Positions 1 through 11,979 of a stretch of 64,000 nt of DNA are shown here, piece after piece (position 1 is the stretch's first letter; every line of letters begins with the position of its first letter). The DNA lies in NCBI GenBank assembly GCA_002104945.1, contig MCFH01000002.1, positions 868,001 to 932,000 on the forward strand. The letters run 5' to 3'. The notes under the pieces were generated by a model, which had not been told where the DNA came from, made no database searches, and saw only the letters and a list, made by a program, of their open reading frames with translations. The position numbers and the translations under genes were made by a program. Source of the stretch: Piromyces finnis finn (Eukaryota; Fungi; Neocallimastigomycota).

Positions 1-1
1 T

Positions 2-451
2 GATGAATCTGAAATCCCTGAATGTCTTGGTGGTACAAATAGTTATAATTTCAAATATATGCCATATAATGAAGAAGACGATGTTAATGCTTCTGAAGAA
101 GAAATTGCAGTTGCAAAAAGAAATTGGGATATTGCAAAAAATGAATATATTAAAGAAATATATGAACATTATGGTTCTCAAATTAATGTTAAATTAAATG
201 ATTTATTATTTAAAATTAATGATAAAGGAAATGATTGTAATGAAATAAAAAACATTAATGATATTATTGAAAATGAAAATTCTAATTCACCATCATCATA
301 CTCAGCTCCATCTTCTGCTAGTGGAGATGATAGTTTTGGAAATTCTATTATAAGACAAAATGAAAAGAACCTTTATAATGCATTTGTAGAATATGATAAG
401 CTTACAAGATCAAGAACATTTTATCATCGTGCAGGTTTTACTCACTATTAA
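2..451 (+). CDS. C-terminal exon of a Sec14/CRAL-TRIO lipid-transfer protein, CSR1/Sfh2-like (5'-truncated by the window)
   Basis: The frame is open from base 2: DESEIPECLGGTNSYNFKY...AFVEYDKLTRSRTFYHRAG. IPECLGG resembles the CRAL-TRIO terminal LPxxxGG motif. The tail resembles the CSR1-family LDPYIRxRSxYDRxG end. Confidence 0.6.
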   Translation, partial: DESEIPECLGGTNSYNFKYMPYNEEDDVNASEEEIAVAKRNWDIAKNEYIKEIYEHYGSQINVKLNDLLFKINDKGNDCNEIKNINDIIENENSNSPSSYSAPSSASGDDSFGNSIIRQNEKNLYNAFVEYDKLTRSRTFYHRAGFTHY

Positions 452-1473
452 GCAAATTTAATATAAAAGAGATTTTTGTGAAAAATGTTTAATATATATA
501 TATATATCAATTATTTCAATTATTAATTTTAAAAATATAGATTAGTAAAAACAGTTTATAAATAAATAATTAAATAATTTATTTATTTATTTATATGTTC
601 ATTAATATACCTATATACTTAATCTACTTTTTTTTTTTGTTTAAAAACAAAAACAAAAACAAAAACAAAAAACAAAAAAAAAAAAAATATAAAAAGAATA
701 TATATTTCTTTTTATGAAAATACCTACCTCTCAATAGCATCTTTTTTTTTCTTTTTTTCTTCTTTTCTGTATCTTAATATTAAAAATAATTGATATATGA
801 AATATTTAAAGTAAAACCTACTCTTTTTTTTTTTTTTTTACTAATATATTTTTATTCTGTATTTTTTAATTATAATTAATTATTTTTTTAATAAAATTAT
901 ACATATATCTTTTTTATTAATTTATATATCATCGTTTAGTATATTATTATAATTATTATTATTATTATTATTATTATTATTTCTAAATATATATAGAAAA
1001 AGTAATTTGTAAATAATTAATCAAATAATTTAGATATATCTTTTTTTTTTTTTTATTTTTTAATTTTTATTTCATTTTTAAATTGACTATATAAAATTAA
1101 TAATAATACATATAAAAATAAATATGGATGCTTTATGATTTATTCAAGGTTAAAATTAATTCTATATATATAGAATTCATTCTACTTTAAATGTAAAAAA
1201 CAGCTAGAAACTATGTTGGATTAAATTTCTTACTTCTTTATAATTAGAAAAAAAAAAAAAAAAGTATATATATGCATGTAAATTTATTATTCTTTTTTAA
1301 AATATAAATACATTTTGTTCAGTTGAGATTTAATAGTTGAAAAATTAATTATTATTATTACATTAAAAAAAAAAAAAAAAAATTAGATTATAAATATATA
1401 TATATATATATATATATAAATAAGTATTATTTGTGAATATTTATTTATTTATTATTATTATTATTATTTTTTT

Positions 1474-4400
1474 TTAGGATAATGAATCATCGATATGGTT
1501 GACTTCAGACGAAGAAGGATTTATATTTGCATGAGAAATAGCAGTATTAATATTATCTTCTTCTTCACCTTCTTTTTCTTTCATTTCAATATCTTGTCCA
1601 TTTGATGGATGACTTGTATTATAACTAGAATTATTAGAAGAAGAATCATGTGATATTAATTTCATAAATTGATAATTTTTATTCTCACTTTCTCCTCCGG
1701 ATGGATGAGAAGAAGATGAGGATTTACTCAAGCTATTTTGAATAAACTCATCTTCTAAATTTTGTAATCCTTCTCCATAATCTAGGACTTCAAACCAAGT
1801 TTTAATGTTATTACCAGTACCTCGTTGGAAAGCACAGACTAAACGACGTTCATCAATTTCAATTTTCCAGACACATTGAATACCCGTAACTAAATCACGT
1901 TTATAGGTACCATAGGTTGTCTTTGTACTAACTCCACCAGTTTCAGTTGTTGTGACTGATGTACCTGGACGCTTATTAAGACGTTCATCAGAGGAGAGTT
2001 CCCAAAGTTTAATAGCACCCTCACTACCAGAAACGATACGATTTAATCTAGCATCATGATGGAAACAAGTAATAGCTGCAGTATGTCCATATAAGGCTGA
2101 TATAAATCGACCTGATGATGGTGACCATATACGGAGGGTATTATCTGCAGCTGCAGAAACAATGTAATTTGGAGAAATTTCTAAGAGACCAACCAAGGAA
2201 GAATGTCCTTCCAATTGATAAAGACATTGTCCAGTTTTAGTAGACCATACTCTAACGAAAGTATCCATACTACCACTTGCAGCTAATTCTAATTCTGGGG
2301 AATAACCAACACTATAGACTTTGTCCATATGACCACGCAATAAATGAACACTTTCACCGGTTTTTAAATCCCATACACGTACTGTAGAATCATAACTACC
2401 ACTAACTAATACATTACCACTACCTGCAACAGCTCTAACAGATTGGGTATGACCATGAAGGGTATGTAAAAAATAAGGATTTACATTATTGTTATTTCCA
2501 CTATTTAATGAAGAATCAACTGAATTGATTAAATTCAAGCGACCTGCAATAGTATTAACCATATTATTATTACCATCTGTATTAATTTGTCCTGCTTGTT
2601 GTTGGCCTAATGGAATAATTGGTATGGTCGAGAGTTGGTCACTTTCACTCATGTTCATAATTTGCTGATTTATCGTTTGTTGTTGAGATTGTGGGAAATA
2701 AGGTTTATCTTTTTTAGTATCAGGTAAACGCCATACTCTCAAGGTGGTATCTCTAGACCCAGTTACAATTAAAGGACATTCTGGTTCCATTTTACCGGTA
2801 ATTGAATTTTTCGTTGGGATAAGAATTTGAAGGCATCTAACAGTACTTGTGTGACCTTCAAATTGATGCGTACATTTACCTTCTTCAATATCCCAGATTC
2901 TAACAGTACGATCTGTACTACCGCTAACTAATGTATTTCCGTAGTAGTGTAATACCCATACACCACCTGTATGACCTGTTAATTTTTTACGTAGTTTACC
3001 CGTTGCAGTATCATAAATATTAATAATATTATCATCTGAACCTGAAATGATTTTATCATCATCAAATTGCAAACAAGTTACAACCATACTGCCATTTCCT
3101 GGAAAAGATATTTGATGACATCTACCATTATTCCAATTCTTTTTTAATAAATGATGACGACGATATAAATATTTGTATAAATTGGGTGGTATTTCATATC
3201 CTTGACTTTGAAGTAAAGCTGCAAAGTTTTCTTTATTTTCATCCGATAAATCATCTATATTAAATGTATACATTATATATTTTTAATATTTATTAATAAT
3301 TTTTTATTTTTATTTTAGTTTTCTTTTTAAATAAAGTCAAACTTGTATATAAAGTTTTTATAAAAATGATAATCAGATAATAGAATAATTAAATTTCAAT
3401 GAAATTATAAATATTATTTTATGATATCAATATAATATCTAATTTAAAAAAATATGATAATAAACAATATATAAAATACCATTTTCAAACGATAGTGTAT
3501 TTGCATCTTCCTTTAACAAAGATGTTGGATTACTATAAGAACTCGTACTTGCGACATTACCATTTAAAGTAACTGTAGATTTATTCTTATTTTTGTTCCA
3601 AAGTATAATAGCTTCCTTTATTTCTTTTTCATCAATCCAAAAATCATTTTTAAGTTGATATTTCCATATAGCAGTGTCAACACCAGGACTATTGAAAAGT
3701 TTATACCATGATTTTGATACTTGTGAACAAATAGCGATGCTATGAAAATCAAGATATTGTATGATACGATAGCTAATATGCACTGGTAACAAGCTAAAAA
3801 AATCATATTTTAATGAGGTTAAAATAAGTGAAGAAATATATTGAAGAGTAGGTACCCGACAACGTTTTAGTAAATGTAATAAAATATATGATTTCATTGT
3901 AGGTGGAAGTACGTCAAAAGTTGATATTATATATGGAATATTTGATATTGGAATATCTTCTTGATTATGTGAAAGATCAGTAATATCTCTAAATGGTGAT
4001 GAACCACTTTTGACTAGATCTAAATAATCATCTCTATTCTCATTTTCTGTATTATCACTATTATTGTTAATGTGTTTAATTTTTGAGTTTAATGTTGGTG
4101 ACATACTAGGACTTGGTAAATTTTTGTTGCATTCTGAATCACTTATATTTGCGGATGCTACTGAAGCGCTGTTAGAATTATGATTTCCTGAAATATTCAT
4201 ATTATTATTGCTAAAAACCTCTTCATGAGGATTAACATCCTGTTGTGAAGCGTGCCTTTTATGTGGTTTTCTTATAGTTGGTACATCATGTAAATGAGAA
4301 TTAGAATCCTTTGATTCTTCATTTTCAAAATATATATCATTTTGAATTAAGGTATCAATATCTGGCGCTGGTCTTTTACGATTAATACGCTTTATATATG

Positions 4401-5040
4401 GATTTGATAAATTTGAAATTAATTTACTATTAACAGTATTAGTTTTCGTTATTTTTAATCCATTACCAACAGTGTTTGTTTCTGGTTGATTCTTTTTTTT
4501 TTTTTTTTTTTTTTTTTTTTGATAATTTAATGTTTGAAAAATACAATTGAAGAAAAAAAATATATAAACAATATTTAAAAATAATAAATATCATTGAAAT
4601 GTTATTGTAAATATTAATATATAATATATTCATAAATTATAATTATATTATTATTAAGTATTAAGTTTTAGCTAAATGTTTTAAAAATATACAAAAAAGG
4701 TACTTACAATTTCAATTTCTTTAAAATATGTAGGGGATCCATTAAGATCAAATTGGAAATTTTTTAAATTATATGGTGTTGGAACATTAGCTAAAGGATA
4801 TGTTGAAGAATCGCAATCTTTAGGTAATTCTGGTGGTGCAAAATAAAGTGGTGGATATTCTGTAGTTGTTGTAGTTTTTGTTATTATGGTTGTCGTCACA
4901 GAAGTTGGTGTTAATGACATATTTCCATACTTATATTTCTGATATTGCTCTTTATTATCTTTCTTTTTTGTTGTTGAGCTTTTTGGTTTGATTTCATTCC
5001 TTAATTTTTTTATTTCTGTTATATCTGTTATAGTATTCAT
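1474..5040 (-). CDS. CDC4: F-box/WD40 SCF substrate receptor (Cdc4/Fbw7 orthologue), 3 exons, ~1041 aa
   Basis: Exons 5040-4708, 4491-3480, 3254-1474 with phase-consistent GT..AG introns. N-terminal TTTTT..YPLANVPTP..F.FD motif typical of fungal Cdc4. F-box DFFSLLPVHISYRIIQYLD. WD40 repeats (GHTGGVW, GHTSTVRC, GHTQSVRA, SGSYDSTVRVWD). Confidence 0.93.
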
Positions 5041-6112
5041 TTTTTATATTATTTAACAATTTTCAATTTTCAATAAAAATAATATTAAATTACTTTTATA
5101 TATTTATATATTATTTAAAGTTGATTTTCAAATAGAGTAAAAGATGAATTAAAAAGATATTATGTAATGAATAATAAATTGATATAATAAATTTTTAAAA
5201 GATTTATATTATAAAAATAAATTCTATGCTTATTGATAAAATCAAGTAATAATAATAAAAAAAAATAAAGCAAATTTTTTGTGAGTTATTAATGTAGCAC
5301 TTTACTTTAATACGTTTTTTTTTTTTTTAGGGATTCATATCTCTTTTATTATAATTATTATTTTATTTATTTATTTTTATTTTATTTTATTTTATTTTTG
5401 GTATTTTCTTAAAACTATATTTTACAAAATTGATTTTAATAACTTTTTTTTTATTCAAAAACAAAATATCATATGGGAAATTAGTACTGAATATTAATAT
5501 AAGTTATTTATATCATGTTTTTATATAAATTATGTTAAAAAAAAAAAAAAAAAACAAAAAAAACAATGATTTAATATTTTATGTTAAATATTATTATTAT
5601 AATAATAATTATAGCAATATTTTAAATTATTTTTTTAATTAAATTTCATTAAATTAAATAAAGGATCCTTGTTTAATAATTACAAATTGTTATATGAATA
5701 AATATTTACAATAATTTGAAGTTAATTTTTTTTTTTTTTTTTTAAAATATTATTATTTTATTAATAATGATATAAATGATAATAAAGTTATTGCTTTAAT
5801 GTTTTGAGATTTTTAATAATCTTTCATTTTGTACTTTTTTATTTTTAAGAATTTAATTAAATAAATAAAAACTACTAATAAATGTTAATACTTTTATGAA
5901 ATATAATAAAAATAAATTATTTTTTATAAATTTAATTAAATTATCAAAGTATCAAAGACTTTTTTTATGTAAAATTTACTATATAAAGTATAGGATATAA
6001 ATTTGATATTTTATTTAAGATTATATGAAAAAAAAAATAACAAATATAAATTAAATTTTTTTAATTAATTCATTTATTAAATATAAAAGTATCTAATTAT
6101 AATTTAATGAGT

Positions 6113-6115
6113 GAA

Positions 6116-6146
<31 letters not shown>

Positions 6147-6179
6147 GTAAATAAATAAATAAATAAATAAATAAGTAAG

Positions 6180-6214
<35 letters not shown>

Positions 6215-6227
6215 GTAAGTAAGTAAG

Positions 6228-6272
<45 letters not shown>
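6113..6272. repeat. (TAAA)n tetranucleotide microsatellite with TAAG variants
   Basis: Direct reading: ~40 units of aaat/aagt. Confidence 0.95.
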
Positions 6273-6276
<4 letters not shown>

Positions 6277-6486
6277 ATCTAGTTTAATTTAAAAAAACAA
6301 AATAAATATTATAACCTTAACTTAAATTTTTTCAATATAGTCAATTTCAAATTATTAAATATTTATATTTGTTTATTTATTTTATTAGTATTTTTTCTTT
6401 TTCTTTTTCAAAATATAGTTAGGTGAAAAAAAAATAATAATCACATAAGTTAACACAATAGCAATTAATAATTAATTATTCTAAAA

Positions 6487-9400
6487 TTATTTCTTTTGAT
6501 AAACACGAACATAATCAACAATCATTTCTGGACGAGTCCATTGTTTAGTATCACGAGAATAATTAAAGGTACCATATCCATTAAATGATCCACCAGCAAC
6601 ACCAACATTTAATATAAGATGGAATTTTTCATCAAATGGTTGACGAATATCAGTATATGGGTTTGTTCCTTTTCCGGTCCAGAAACTTGTACGAAGATCA
6701 ATTGAATAAGTAATTTCTTCATCTACTGAGAAAATTAATGCATCTTCAGTCCAATCTAAACCATAAACATGGAAATCATTTATAACATTATCAAATTGGA
6801 AAGATCCTCCAGCATAACCATTATTTGGCCATGGTCCTCCAAAATGAATAGCATTTTCAATAGCATCAGGAACTTGTCCTTTAGCTTTTAACATATCAAT
6901 TTCACCTGAAGATGCCCATTCACCATATACATTATCTTGTGGTAGCATCATAATTGATGGCCAAAGATATGGACCAGCTGGTAATTTTGCCTTAACCCTA
7001 ATCTTACCATATCTCCAAGCATTTCCACTTTTAAAGGTTCTTATACGACCACTTGTAACATCTTGAGTCCAGCTACAAGAATTTTCTACATTATTAGTAC
7101 ATTTTGCCTTTTCTGCTTCAGTCAACATAAATTGACCTTTTGGAATAGCTTTGATATGAAGATAACCATCTTCAACAAAAATATTTTCCTCGCGATCAAC
7201 ATAGCATTGCTTTTCACTATTACCTCCACCCCAACAATTAACTTCAACATCCCAAATAGATTTATCTAATTTATTACCATTAAATTCATCATGGAATACT
7301 AATGTATAATCATCAAAGTTTTGGATTTCTTGACTACTTGGATTTTCTATAGGTGAAGGTGAAAAAGAATTAACCGGTTTAACTTCTGTTATTTGGTCAG
7401 GTTTTTGATATACATGAACATAATCAATAATCATTTCTGGGCGAGTCCATTGTTTAGTATCACGTGAATAATCAAATGTACCATATCCATCAAATGATCC
7501 ACCGGCAACACCAACATTTAATAAAAGATGGAATTTTTCATCAAATGGTTGACGAATATCAGTATATGGATTTGTTCCTTTTCCAGTCCAAAAACTATTA
7601 TTAAGGTCAATTGAATAAGTAACTTGTTCATCAATAGAAAATATTAAATTATCTTCAGTCCAATCTAATCCATATATATGGAAATTATTGATAACATCAT
7701 CCATATTAAATGAATTTCCAGCAAAACCATTATTTGGCCATGGTCCTCCAAAATGAATAGCATTTTCAATAGAATTAGGAAGTTGACCTTTAGCTTTTAA
7801 AATATCAATTTCACCTGAAGATGCCCATTCACCATATACATTATCTTGTGGTAGCATCATAATTGATGGCCAAAGATATGGTCCAGCTGGTAATTTTGCT
7901 TTAACTCTAATCTTACCATACTTCCAAGCATGACCACTTTTGTAAGTTCTTATACGACCACTAGTAACACTTTGACCCCAGCTACAAGAGTTTTCAACAT
8001 TATTAGTACATTGATTTATTTCTTCATCATTTAATCTATATTCACCTTTTGGGATAGCTTTAATATGGAGTTGATTATTCTTAATGAAAATATTTTCTTC
8101 ATGATCAACATAACATTGTTTTTCTCCATTACCACCACCCCAACAGTTAACTTCAACATCCCATATTGATCTGTCTAATTTATTATTTTCAAAATCATCT
8201 TTAAATACTAAAGTATAATCATTAATACTTGGAATTTCTGGAATATAATCATTTCCAGGAGTATTTGTGAAGATTTCAATTGGCTTGACTTCAGTAATTT
8301 GTCCTGGTCTTTGATATACACGAACATAATCAACAATCATTTCCGGACGAGTCCATTGCGGAGTATCACGATTGTAATCAAATTTTCCAATCTTTTCAAA
8401 ATAACTACCTCCAACAGCAACATTTAATAAGAGATGGAATTTTTCATTGAATGGTTGACGTATATCATTATATGGATTTGGTCCTTTACCGGACCAAAAA
8501 CTTTTTCGAAGATCAATAGTATAGTGTGGAATTTCATCTACAGTAAAGATAAGGAAATTTTCTTCCCAATCTAAACCGTATACATGAAATTCATTAATAA
8601 TATTTTTAAGCTTGGCATCTTCAGCAGAAAATTCATTATATGGCCATTCACCTCCATAATGTATAGCAGAACCGATTGTGTCAGAAATTTGTCCTCTAGC
8701 TTCCATAATATCAATTTCTCCAGAAGATGCCCATGTACCGTAGACATAATCTTGTGGCAACATCCAAATAGCTGGCCAAAGATATGGCCCTGCTGGTAAC
8801 TTTGCCTTAACTCTAACTTTGCCATATTTCCATGCATGGCCACTCATATATGTTCTAATACGACCACTTGTAATATTCTGGGTCCAACTACATGAATTTT
8901 CATTATTATTAGTGCACTGCTTCATTTCTTCATCAGTCAATCTGTATTCACCTTTTGGAATAGCTTTAATATGAAGTTGATTATTTTTAATAAAAATATT
9001 TTCTTCATGATCAACATAACACTGTTTTTCACCATTTCCTCCACCCCAACAATTGACTTCAACATCCCATACAGATCTATCTAATGTATTTCCTTCAAAT
9101 TCTTCTGAAAACACAAGTTCCATCTCATCAATAGATCTGATTGTTGGTTCACTATACTGAGTTTTATCTGTTTTTGATGTAGTTGTAGTTTTTGTTTTTG
9201 TTGTTGTTTTTTTACTAGTAGTTGTTTTTTTGCTTGTGGTTGTTTTCTTGTTTGTGGTTTTATTTGAACAGTCATTTTTAATACCACACCATTCATTATT
9301 TTCATATCCCCACTTACCATCATTATCGGTATAAACCACATTACATTCTTCACAACAAGAATATCCTAAATTTTCAGAAAAGCATTTATTAGATGGTTGA

Positions 9401-10239
9401 AATTGACTATTACATTGTGAAGTATTAATTCCACACCACATTCCATTTTCATATCCCCAGTCGCCATCAGCATCAGAATAAATAATAGAGCATTCATTAC
9501 AACAAGGATATCCTAAAACCTCAGAAAAGCATTTACTAAGATTCTGTTGAATATTGTTGGAGCAAATTGATTTAATTATACCACACCATTCATTATTTTC
9601 AATACCCCAATCTCCATTTTCATCAGTATAAATTACATTGCATGTTGTTGTACAACAGTTATATCCAATAGATTCAAATGTACATTGATTAGTTTCTGAT
9701 TCATCACCTAAACCAGCACCTGTAACTAATGAATTGTTCACACACGAATAAAGTAAAGGATCGTAGCAAGCATCATTACAACCCTTAGTACCTAAAGGAC
9801 TTATTTTACAATGTATTATTTAATATTTAGCAACAATGATTATAAAGATAATTTAAGAATTTTCAACATACAAGGAAAAAAGCAATAATTAAAAAATTTT
9901 AAATTTATATTTAAATAATTTTATTCATGGTTGACAAAAATTATATATATATATTTTTTTTTCATTAATAATTTTTAATTTTTTTAATTGTAGATATATA
10001 TAAGAAACTTATTTATGTAAATTTATCGATTACTTATAATAATTTTAAAAATTAACAATTAGTATGATAATTAAATATAAAACATACCATAATAAATTAT
10101 TAGAATAACATATATAATTCTCTGGTGAATAACATTGTTTTCCACATGATTTTAAATTTGTACCACATTGCGCTTTAACATTTTTAAAGATTGCAAAAAG
10201 CAGAAGAAAAGAATCAATTAATCCTATATTTTTGAACAT
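6487..10239 (-). CDS. Secreted modular beta-1,3-glucanase-type protein: signal peptide - CBM52-like - 3x fungal dockerin (CBM10) - Thr/Lys linker - 3x GH16 (first intact, second and third lacking the acid/base Glu), ~1154 aa
   Basis: Exon 10239-10088 (MFKNIGLIDSFLLLFAIFKNVKA-QCG...) splices via GTATGT..AAG to exon 9799-6487, in frame. Three C..LGY.CC..C...YTD..G.WG.EN..WCGI dockerins. Three GH16 repeats with VNCWGGGN.EKQCY, TSGRIRT and WP.I.MLP motifs. Catalytic motifs read EIDIME, EIDILK and EIDMLK. Confidence 0.93.
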
Positions 10240-11597
10240 TTTTACATCAATGTATTTTATTTGACCTGTAAATATAATGAATTTTGTGAAAGTTGAAAAA
10301 TATTATTTGTATTTTCCAAAAAAAAAAAAAGAAAAGAAAAGAAATAAATTTAAATGAATTATACAATTAATATTATAAATTTGTCTTTATATATAATATA
10401 TAATTAAATACATGTGCATTTGTATATACACATTTATAACAAAAAATGTATTATTCTAACAATATTAAATTTATATTTAAATTTAAATAACTATATATAA
10501 AATTTGTAAATTGTTAAAAAAATACAAGAAAAATAAAAGAAAAAAATTTTATATTTATATTAATGAAAAATAAATATAATTCATTACAATTAAATATATA
10601 TTACTAATATATTTATATTATAATATATTTTTAATATTTAATATATATGTATAATACTTCATTGTATCATATCAATATTTTCATTTTTACCTAAAATATT
10701 GTTTTTGAATAATGTGAAGTAACTTTAAATTATATTTCAATCAGATAATATTAATAATAATAAAAAACATTACTGTAATAAATTAATTTAATATAGTAAT
10801 TTTAATTATAAAATTTTAATCTATTTCTAAAACTTTAAATAATAATATTTTTAAAAGTACTCCTTTAATTATCTTTTATTATTGATTGAAAATAATTGTG
10901 AGTTTTAAATGTTTATATTATAATTTCTCTTTTATATTAATTAAAGTTTATTATCAACTAATTGAAGGTATATTAACAATGTTAAACTCTAAAAAATAAT
11001 AATATAATAAATTTAATAAAAAAAAACTCCTAAAATCATGAATATATAAGAAATAAATAATTGTATAAATACAGTAATTATAAACAAAAACGTTAAATTA
11101 ATGAAGTATTAATGAATTTATCTATATACTATATTTATTTGATAAAATCACTTTGAAGTATAATCATATTTATTATATAAGTAAATAAAATAAATTGTTT
11201 TTTTATTATATAATAATATTATTATATTCATAATTATTTCTGTAATTCTATAAACTATATTTCACATTTTATATTTATAAGAATTTTTCAATTTAAATAT
11301 TTATGATAATAATGAACATTGTATTTCAGTAATATATTTCAGTAATAAAAAGGTAATAATTTTAGGTAATATTATTAAAAAATATATAAAATAAACTCTT
11401 ATTCTAATAATATATTTTTTTTGAAAAATGTAATATTTACTATTTTTATTATGTAAAACTTTATAAATTAAAAATCCACAATATTATATAATACTATATT
11501 ATTATATACATATAATATACATATAATATAGAGTAAAATACATAATTATTTTATAATTTTTTAATTTACAAACAAAAACTTAATGGGAAAAATAATA

Positions 11598-11778
11598 TTG
11601 ATGATATAGTAAAGATATACTGTTACTGAAAAAGTCTGGTAAGAATTTATATTAAGGAAGAATGTGCAGCACAAGTTTAATCGCAAAATCAGGTTAAATT
11701 TTAGTGAATCTGATTTTTAGATGATATGGATTTCTGGCAGATCTTCTCATTGGTGTTGTATCTTTACTAGATACACCT
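11598..11778 (+). ncRNA. Candidate structured non-coding RNA of unknown class (long bulged helix ending in two hairpins)
   Basis: GC-enriched island in very AT-rich DNA. 11607-11619 pairs with 11757-11769, 11623-11654 with 11722-11753, and 11685-11695 with 11707-11717. Confidence 0.4.
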
Positions 11779-11820
11779 ATATTTTATAAATTTAAATAAA
11801 ATAATCTAACCTTCATATAG

Positions 11821-11877
11821 AATTTTAAAATATTATTTTATCCAATCAATTGTTAAAATCATTGATAACCAATCATG
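11821..11877 (+). promoter_or_regulatory. Two CCAAT boxes upstream of fibrillarin
   Basis: tccaatca and accaatca roughly 110-140 bp before the ATG at 11980. Confidence 0.35.
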
Positions 11878-11979
11878 AATTTTTTATATTTTTAAATTTT
11901 TTTTTAAATTAACTATTAACAAAATTTTACATTTTAATAGTATATCAATAATATAATATTAATTCAGATTTAATTAACA

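Noticed and set aside
7063-9353. Short alternate-frame or antisense ORFs inside the GH16 gene
   Set aside because: Shadows of the main ORF.
11640-11725. SRP RNA or U3 assignment for the structured element
   Set aside because: The topology is reminiscent, but the helix-8 CAGG-GNRA-AGCA signature, the Alu motif, and the U3 boxes A/B/D and 5' domain are absent.
11757-11772. U5 snRNA loop 1 (TCTTTACTAGA)
   Set aside because: Lacks the invariant GCCUUUUAC loop and an Sm site.
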